A stretch of 64,000 bases of DNA from the NCBI GenBank assembly GCA_965219455.1, contig OZ244744.1, positions 3,040,001 through 3,104,000 on the forward strand, read 5' to 3'. The DNA is from Candidatus Latescibacterota bacterium (GTDB taxonomy: Bacteria; Latescibacterota; UBA2968; GCA-2709665). The translations under genes were made by a program, and so were the position numbers. The notes below the pieces were generated by a model, which saw only the letters and a list, made by a program, of their open reading frames with translations, was not told the DNA's origin and ran no database searches. The number at the start of each line of letters is the position of its first letter. Position 1 is the stretch's first letter. Positions 9,167-15,953 of this stretch are shown here, piece after piece.

Positions 9167-9195
9167 ACGATATCGAATTCTCATTCCCCTGTCAA
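9167..9195 (-). promoter_or_regulatory. Sigma70-type promoter for the trp leader/trpS
   Basis: TTGACA (9195-9190), 17 nt, TATCGT (9172-9167). Confidence 0.7.
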
Positions 9196-9247
9196 GCAAA
9201 TTCTGCTTTTTCCGGTTTCTCCACGTGCGATTCGTCCGACGCAACGG

Positions 9248-10240
9248 CTACGTCCCGTCCCTCAACAGTTGCGCCATTTCCACGGCAAAGTAGGTCAGAA
9301 TCATATCCGCGCCCGCCCGCTTGATGGACGTCAGCGTTTCGACCATGGCGCGCTCCTTTTCCACCCATCCCCGCTGTGCGGCCGCCAGGACCATCCCGTA
9401 TTCGCCGGACACGTTGTACGCCGCAATGGGCGTGTCGAAACTCTCCTTCGCCCTTGCGATGACGTCGAGGTACGGCAGCGCCGGTTTCACCATCACCACG
9501 TCGGCTCCTTCCTGGATATCCAGTGCGATCTCTTTCATCGCTTCCCGAACGTTCGCCGGATCCATTTGATACGTCTTCTTGTCCTTTGGTACGCCACGGG
9601 CCTTCACCGGCGCGGACTTCAGCGCCCCTCTGAAGGGACCGTAGAAGCAGGATGCATATTTGGCGGAATAGGCCATAATGCCAACGTTGCGGAACCCAAG
9701 GTCGTCCAGCGCCACCCGGATGGCGCCAACGCGGCCGTCCATCATGTCCGACGGCGTCACCCAATCCACACCTGCTTCGGCGTGGGACAACGACATTCTG
9801 CACAGCACCCCGACACTCTCGTCGTTGGCGATCTCTCCGTCGATCAGCAGCCCGTCGTGCCCGTGCGTGGTATACGGATCCAGCGCCACGTCGGTCTGCA
9901 CGCAGAGGTCGGGAAGCGCAGCCTTCAGCGCCCGGACCGCCCTCTGGATCAACCCGTCCGGCTTGTACGCCATCGTGGCGCGCTCGTCCTTCTCCTCCGA
10001 ATAGCCGAACAGGTTCACGCCGCAGATTCCCAGGCCGAACACCGTCTCGCATTCCCGTACGAGTTCGTCGACCGAAAACCGGAACTGCCCCGGCATCGAG
10101 TCAATCGGCTCCCGCACGTTAACGCCTTCCGTGACAAACATGGGATAGATCAGATCCCCTGCGTTCAATACGGTTTCCCTGACCAGTGTCCGAATGGGCT
10201 CCGTGCGTCTCAACCGGCGGGGCCGATAGGTCAGTTCCAT
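9248..10240 (-). CDS. hemB: Porphobilinogen synthase (Asp-rich, non-zinc type)
   Basis: RPRRLRR, DVALDPYTTHGHDG, SDMMDGR, YSAKY, YGPFR, MVKP, AYNVSGEY. Confidence 0.97.
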   Translation of the reverse strand: MELTYRPRRLRRTEPIRTLVRETVLNAGDLIYPMFVTEGVNVREPIDSMPGQFRFSVDELVRECETVFGLGICGVNLFGYSEEKDERATMAYKPDGLIQRAVRALKAALPDLCVQTDVALDPYTTHGHDGLLIDGEIANDESVGVLCRMSLSHAEAGVDWVTPSDMMDGRVGAIRVALDDLGFRNVGIMAYSAKYASCFYGPFRGALKSAPVKARGVPKDKKTYQMDPANVREAMKEIALDIQEGADVVMVKPALPYLDVIARAKESFDTPIAAYNVSGEYGMVLAAAQRGWVEKERAMVETLTSIKRAGADMILTYFAVEMAQLLRDGT

Positions 10241-10356
10241 AGTGTCACCCTTCGATTCGCAGCAGCGGCCTCGGGACCCGTCTAATGGCATCGCCGACAG
10301 CCCAGGTCGAACATTGTGGAAATTGTCTCGCGCGATGACGATCCACGCACAGTCAG

Positions 10357-10384
10357 AATGTAACCTCCCAGGTTCCGTTGTCAA
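10357..10384 (-). promoter_or_regulatory. Possible sigma70 promoter for hemB
   Basis: TTGACA, 16 nt, TACATT. Confidence 0.5.
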
Positions 10385-10518
10385 CCCCTGCGTATCCGGG
10401 AGAGATCAACGGCATCAGCGGTTGGCGGAAGCAACGACGCCGGAATTTCCTGACGGGGCCACACAAGACTGGCTTAAACACAATGCCAATCGATGAAAAA
10501 TCGTCGCATGAAATGCGA

Positions 10519-11001
10519 TCATCGTTGAACGACAACTTCCTTTCTCAACACAGAACCGTTGGGCTGGGACACCAGGAAGATCCAGGCGCCAACCCTCAAA
10601 GGCGGATAAATCTCGAAGGTGTGGTGTAATTCCACCATGTTGGCGGTACAGAAATCATACGACCAGACCCTTCCCCAAACGCTTATTTTGTACCCGACCA
10701 GATCGATTCTGGTTGTGTCAAAGTGGGAGAATTCGTGGCATCCATTGTGACCAACCCAGCCCTGAAATCGCACGCGCATGGTATCGGTGACGGCGAATGG
10801 AGATGTCGTGGGCATCAGCCTCGTTTGTTCACCGCTATCGGGTACGAGGACTTTCACGGGTGACACAACTGAAACGCTGTCGACTCTGATTTGAAACACT
10901 CGATAGTCGCGCTCCGACTTTAGGGGGTAGTCTTCACAATTCTGACTGGCGAGACCCACGAGGATCGTCAAGGAAATGAAGGCCACAAATCGGTTCTGCA
11001 C
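10519..11001 (-). CDS. Putative lipoprotein, paralogue 1 of 3
   Basis: GTG start with GAAAGGAG RBS; hydrophobic leader then Cys (QNC-EDYP); shares CHEFSH...RID...VWG...PPLR.G.W..LVSQP.GSVLRKE with paralogues 2 and 3. Confidence 0.8.
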   Translation of the reverse strand: MQNRFVAFISLTILVGLASQNCEDYPLKSERDYRVFQIRVDSVSVVSPVKVLVPDSGEQTRLMPTTSPFAVTDTMRVRFQGWVGHNGCHEFSHFDTTRIDLVGYKISVWGRVWSYDFCTANMVELHHTFEIYPPLRVGAWIFLVSQPNGSVLRKEVVVQR

Positions 11002-11253
11002 GCCGGTCGCTCCTTTCTCGTCCCTTTTCTTATGCGCTGTCGCCGGCATCGCGTGATCGGGCTGACGGGGCTTGTCGCTCGAGGCAATATGCTATGCCGC
11101 AGAGTATCGTGTAAGCGGCTGCGGGAGCAACTGGCTTTCCTTACTTTCCTGGTCTGCACCAACCGGCAACCGGCCGGGATTATCGGGATGCCCGGCATTA
11201 AATGATCCTCGGTGCTTCAATTCAGGGCCCGCTACCGGAGAAGACTCCAGGAT

Positions 11254-13356
11254 CTATTCAGTAGACTTCGGGAACAGAACAATCGGTGGACCCACGGCGG
11301 TCAGGATACCGTGGTAGTTTGTGTAGCCATCATCTCGCACTGGAATTTCGGGCGCAGCGCCCGGACTCACCGTCGTCGGTTCGCTCCCGGTCCGGGTCAC
11401 GACAAAGGACTCGCTCTCGATGTGCCCCTTCAGAATAGTCGCCGTCGAGTCGGAAATGCTACCTGCTTGTACCGCCAGATTGACGGTCATATCGAAAGGG
11501 GCGCCCTCCGCGACCCGGGCGACCACCGTCGCCGGTCCTGGCGCGGATGTGTTCAGGTTGTCGGTGCGCTCCAACTCTATCGTCAACGTAAAGGGAGCCC
11601 CCGGGTTATTGCCAATCGATAACAACCCCAGGTTGTACAGACCAGAGAACATGCCCTCGGGTAGCGTGCTCAAATTGTTGTCACTAAGCACAAGTGCGCG
11701 CAGGCTGTCAAGGCCCGAGAACGCAGCCGCAGGCAGAGCTATCAGACTGTTGTTAAATAGCCAGACCGCTTGCAACTTCTTCAGGCCCGAGAATACGCCC
11801 TCAGGCAACGTCGTCAGTTCGTTTTCGCTGAGCATCAGAACTCGCAAATTGGAAAGGCCGGAAAAAGCGCCTCCTTGTACCGTGCTTATAGCGTTTCGAA
11901 AAAGCGACAGCGTTTCCAGCCTACCCATCCCATTGAATACACCGTCAACCAGTGTACCCAATTCGTTATCTTCCAGCATCAGGGTGCGCACGCTGTTAAG
12001 GCCGGCAAACGCACCCGCTGGCAGTGTGTGCAGGACATTTTTCCGTAGTTCCAGTCTTTCCAGACGGGTTTGGTCGGAAAACAGACCCGCAGGCAGCGTG
12101 CCCAGAGCATTTGCATCAAGAAACAGGCTGCGAAGTGCAGACAGGCCGGCAAAGACACCCACCGGCAGTGATTCCAGGTTGTTGTTTTTGAACACCAGCG
12201 TACGCAGGCTGTCCAATCCGGAAAACATACCTACCGGCAGCGCACTGAGAGAATTGTTCTTCAGGCTGAGCCTTCGTAGACTGGCCAGATCGCTGAAGAT
12301 GCCTTCAGGCAGCGTTTCCAGATTGTTTCCGGATAGCGCCAATCCCCTCAAATTGGACAATCCTGAAAACGCACCTTCGGGCAGCGACGTCAGTCTGTTG
12401 TAGCGAAGCTCCAGGATCTTCAGGCTGTCCAGGCCTGCAAATGTACCTTCCGGAAGCGTCGTGAGATCATTGCTGGAAAGCTCCAGACCCTTCAGATTAG
12501 AGAGGTTGGCGAAATCACCTTCCCGAAAGCCGTTAATGCACTCGTAAACCAGAACCAGGCCCTGGATCGACGCGAGGTGCTCCCGTGTTACGAGGGCGCA
12601 ATTGTCCACGTCCGATAGCGCTCTCAGGATGGCGTGGCGCACCTGTGACGTCCGGCCGCAAATTGCGCCATTGCTCTCGCCTACCAGCTTTCCGAAATTA
12701 CCCGCAAAGATTACGAAATCGCCAAATCCAACGGTGTCATCGTCGTCCAGATCAAATCCCGCATCAAACTGCTCATCGCCAGACGATCTACCAAACGCGC
12801 CGGCGAAGGCGATGAAATCTGCAAATCCTACCCGTCCATCGCCGTCAAAATCCGATGCAACGGCACCTTCAGGTCCAGTGTCATCGACATAGTCGGGACA
12901 GTATCCCAGGGTGCCGATCTGATTGGGTTCCGCGAATTCGACTCCCGGAAGGTGTTGCAGTTCTTCGGATATCGCTGCCCGGTCCGCGCCATGGGGAAAT
13001 CTTATCTTGTATGTTCTGCTGGATTCTGCGTCAGGAAATACTTTAATCAAAATCTCCGGCGCGTGCCTGTCGAGCGCATTCCTTAGAGCCGGATGGACAT
13101 TCTCGAATTCGTGCCATTGCGCAACGGTCTTACCTTCCGGAAAGTCCATGATTCCGGGCGCGACCGCGATCAGTACTTCCCGGGCGGCGTCCTCGAGTGT
13201 CGACAGCAGAGCCGCAGGGGTCTCACTCGGCGGCACATAGGGACGCTGCGTGTCGTTGGACGCGGATAGATCTGCATACCATACGAGAATAAGACCCAGC
13301 ACGACGATGCAGAATGGCAGGGAAAGGAGAACCGGGATGTTCGAAGCAGATTTCAT
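11254..13356 (-). CDS. Exported leucine-rich repeat protein with a dockerin-like EF-hand pair
   Basis: N-terminal hydrophobic segment; DFDGDGRVGFADF and DLDDDDTVGFGDF; 13 tandem 24-aa LRRs (LxxLPxGxFxGLxxLxxLxLxxN). Confidence 0.92.
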   Translation of the reverse strand: MKSASNIPVLLSLPFCIVVLGLILVWYADLSASNDTQRPYVPPSETPAALLSTLEDAAREVLIAVAPGIMDFPEGKTVAQWHEFENVHPALRNALDRHAPEILIKVFPDAESSRTYKIRFPHGADRAAISEELQHLPGVEFAEPNQIGTLGYCPDYVDDTGPEGAVASDFDGDGRVGFADFIAFAGAFGRSSGDEQFDAGFDLDDDDTVGFGDFVIFAGNFGKLVGESNGAICGRTSQVRHAILRALSDVDNCALVTREHLASIQGLVLVYECINGFREGDFANLSNLKGLELSSNDLTTLPEGTFAGLDSLKILELRYNRLTSLPEGAFSGLSNLRGLALSGNNLETLPEGIFSDLASLRRLSLKNNSLSALPVGMFSGLDSLRTLVFKNNNLESLPVGVFAGLSALRSLFLDANALGTLPAGLFSDQTRLERLELRKNVLHTLPAGAFAGLNSVRTLMLEDNELGTLVDGVFNGMGRLETLSLFRNAISTVQGGAFSGLSNLRVLMLSENELTTLPEGVFSGLKKLQAVWLFNNSLIALPAAAFSGLDSLRALVLSDNNLSTLPEGMFSGLYNLGLLSIGNNPGAPFTLTIELERTDNLNTSAPGPATVVARVAEGAPFDMTVNLAVQAGSISDSTATILKGHIESESFVVTRTGSEPTTVSPGAAPEIPVRDDGYTNYHGILTAVGPPIVLFPKSTE

Positions 13357-13832
13357 CGCGCGACAACTTCCTTTCGCAACACAGAGCCATCGGGCTGGGA
13401 CACCAGTAAGATCCAGGTGCCCTTCCTCAAGGGCGGATAAATCTCCAAGACGTGACGTAATACTATAAGTAACTGGAAACAGCCAACACCCGACTGTTCC
13501 TTACCCCAAACGCTCACTTTGTACCCGGCCATATCGATTTTCGTTACGTCAAAATGGGAAAATTGGTGACAACCATTGGGACCGATCCAACCATGAAACT
13601 GGACTCTCAAGGTATCTGTGACGGTCAATGGAGACTTCGAGGGCAGCCACCAGGTAACTTCACCATAACCTGGTCTGACGACCCTCAAGGGAGACACAAC
13701 TGAAACGCTGTCGACCTTTATCTGAAAGTACCGAAAATCACGATCCGACTTCAGCGGGTAGTAGTCGCACGCCAGGCAGGTCAGATTCACCACGATTGTT
13801 AAGGAGACTGAAGCCGCGGTCCTTCCTTTCAT
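13353..13832 (-). CDS. Putative lipoprotein, paralogue 2 of 3
   Basis: Lipobox-like LAC-DYYP; GAAAGGAAAG upstream; stop overlaps the LRR gene start (ATGA). Confidence 0.85.
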   Translation of the reverse strand: MKGRTAASVSLTIVVNLTCLACDYYPLKSDRDFRYFQIKVDSVSVVSPLRVVRPGYGEVTWWLPSKSPLTVTDTLRVQFHGWIGPNGCHQFSHFDVTKIDMAGYKVSVWGKEQSGVGCFQLLIVLRHVLEIYPPLRKGTWILLVSQPDGSVLRKEVVAR

Positions 13833-14006
13833 GACCGACTTTCCTTTCGGCTGAACCGGTAAGGATTCAGTTTCTGCAAATTCCCCGCGTCGGACTTGCC
13901 CACTTTCTCCTGACCTGGCGATGGAGACTCCCGACCGAACGGAAAAGAAAAAACGAGGTAAAGCAGGTTTGAAGCGGCAAAGTGTCAGGCGAGTCCGGGG
14001 TATCCA

Positions 14007-14480
14007 TTACCGGATCACAGCCTCCTTTCTCAACACAGAACCGTTGGGCTGGGACACCAGGAAGACCCAGGCGCCAACCCTAAGTGGCGGAAGAAAATTC
14101 AGGACGAGGGTTCCCCTCATCCTCAAGGCCGGGGCTGCACAGCCTCTATTGGGACGGATATCTTCCTTTCCCCATACGCGCACCCTGTATCCGATCGGAT
14201 CGATTCTGGTCGTGTCAATATGAGAAAATTCGTGGCAAGGAGAAAACTCGTAGTTCCCCTGGGGGCCTATGCTGCCAAAAAAGTGAACCCACATGGTGTC
14301 ACTCACCGCCAGAGGCGCCCTGGTGTCATTCGCCCCATAACGCGCCGTAACCGTCAGACTGTCTACCTTGATGAGGTAAGGTCGAAAAACAGGATCGGAC
14401 CCGGAAGGATAGTCGCATCCCGTGCCGGACAGACCCGCGAGTATCGTCAGCGTGACCAGAGTCGCGACCTTTCCTGCCAT
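14007..14480 (-). CDS. Putative lipoprotein, paralogue 3 of 3
   Basis: ATG 14480 with AGGAG RBS; leader ending GTGC-DYP; same conserved core as paralogues 1 and 2. Confidence 0.82.
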   Translation of the reverse strand: MAGKVATLVTLTILAGLSGTGCDYPSGSDPVFRPYLIKVDSLTVTARYGANDTRAPLAVSDTMWVHFFGSIGPQGNYEFSPCHEFSHIDTTRIDPIGYRVRVWGKEDIRPNRGCAAPALRMRGTLVLNFLPPLRVGAWVFLVSQPNGSVLRKEAVIR

Positions 14481-14642
14481 GGCCGATGCTCCTGTCTTTA
14501 ACAGTCTTACATCGAACGTACGGTCGGGCGGGGTCCTTCGTGGATTGAACGGCGGCGCTACGCCCAACCATCCGCCGCAATTAAAAAAAACTGAATTATA
14601 TGTTTCCAGGCAAGGGGGAAGTCGATTTTCACACCACAGTAC

Positions 14643-14759
14643 GCCTGCGTTGACGGCGCGCACCTGGAAGGTGTATGTGGTTCCGTTCGTCAGGCCCGTC
14701 TTTGTGTATCTCGTCGTCGTGGCGCCGCTACCGGATATATTCGTCCAATCCGGGGACCA
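14643..14759 (-). pseudogene. Fibronectin type III domain remnant
   Basis: Translates to WSPDWTNISGSGATTTRYTKTGLTNGTTYTFQVRAVNAG, the C-terminal half of an FN3 domain; no start codon. Confidence 0.75.
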
Positions 14760-14838
14760 GGTCGTTTTCCGCCATGAGCATTGCGATACTCGGATTCGTT
14801 TCTCGGGAGGTTCCGGAAAGGACCCTGAACCGATGCAA

Positions 14839-14867
14839 TTGACATTGCAGGACGAGACCTCTATATT
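14839..14867 (+). promoter_or_regulatory. Near-consensus sigma70 promoter with a palindrome over the -35
   Basis: TTGACA, 17 nt, TATATT; TGCAAT-TGAC-ATTGCA at 14834-14849. Confidence 0.6.
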
Positions 14868-14872
14868 TCAAA

Positions 14873-14991
14873 ACGAGGGCCGCATCCTGTCTCAGAGCGC
14901 AAAAGCGCCGGGGACAAAAAGGGTGTGCGCCTTCCTGGAGGACCGTCGGTTTTCGACTCTGGCCGGTCAGGGAACCGACGGTCTCTTTATG
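14873..14991 (+). ncRNA. Candidate structured small RNA
   Basis: Follows the promoter; long hairpin 14875-14934, then a terminator-like hairpin 14941-14983 with TCTTTAT; no credible ORF starts inside it. Confidence 0.4.
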
Positions 14992-15298
14992 TAGCGGTAT
15001 AGTACCTCAACGACGAATTACAATGCGTGTTCGTGCCAGGTGCGAAACACAACGCGAAAAATATAACTATTAATCATTCTTAATGCAAATATTAATATAT
15101 TTACGTTTTAATCTACTTTTTCCGTATTTATACACATACATGACAGCATGTCGTCTGCAATCTATTGCATGTCGCACGCGAAGGTTTCCGCGTAAATTGG
15201 ACAAGAGGCGATGGAACGGTTCACATCGTCGCGCAAGCCGGCACAGGTAGCACCGGCTTCGAGCAAGCAAAGGGCCGAGGAATCCCGGAATCGACGCT

Positions 15299-15464
15299 TA
15301 ACAGCCCGTTGAAAAAGTCCATCTGGGCTGCGTCCGGCCCTTGTGGCCGAATTACTGCGTTGCACTCCCTTCCCGAATCCCCCGATTCGACGCGGTCGCG
15401 CGCCTTGTCTTCGGTCACAATGACTCGGCCTCGCCTACAGAGCGACTTTATCAACGGACTGTTA
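15299..15464. mobile_element. MITE with 21-bp terminal inverted repeats
   Basis: TAACAGCCCGTTGAAAAAGTC ... GACTTTATCAACGGACTGTTA (2 mismatches); TTAA at both ends; related copy at 36422. Confidence 0.75.
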
Positions 15465-15662
15465 ACCTTGATTCGTCGTTTTTTGGGGACCTTAAATCGA
15501 ATATACACAGAAGAACAAAGGCGATTTGACGTCGGAGTTCCAGGATGTTTAAGGTCACTGGACGTGAACGGAGAAAACGTCCAATTGGACGACCTCAATA
15601 CCCCGTTTCTGCAGCTTTCGCCGTGGTGTCGCCTTGTTGGATTTTTGGAATTAAGGCTAATT

Positions 15663-15799
15663 GCCACAAAAGGCACAAAAACAGCTATCCTGTTGCAGGG
15701 CGTATAGCCGAGAGACAACGAAATAACTGCAGGATCACGGAGTTACGACACACGCCGTTTCGCACCGATACCTTTTGTGCCTTTTGTGCGTTTTGTGGC
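15663..15799. repeat. Short element bounded by inverted repeats
   Basis: GCCACAAAAGGCACAAAA ... TTTTGTGCCTTTTGTGCGTTTTGTGGC. Confidence 0.6.
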
Positions 15800-15953
15800 C
15801 AATTTATCGGTTATCTTTTTTCGAATTGAGGTTAAATGCAGTGGAATGCAAAGGCAATACATGCCATCGTTCATCCCAATTCGGACAGATCCAATTCATT
15901 CAGCCATCGCCGGCGCGGGCGATTCGATCCCGCACACGAAAAGGGAGCCATCC

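Noticed and set aside
8976-9200. T-box riboswitch upstream of trpS
   Set aside because: No UGGNACC antiterminator bulge; the leader-peptide model explains the pairings.
11600-12540. LRR region as a diversity-generating retroelement target
   Set aside because: No reverse transcriptase and no template/variable repeat pair with adenine-specific mismatches in the window.
15165-15718. ORFs 15165-15707 (+) and 15221-15718 (-), and a riboswitch near 15170-15260
   Set aside because: The ORFs run through MITEs and have no recognisable motifs; the hairpins do not fit c-di-GMP, c-di-AMP or ZTP consensus as far as I can see.
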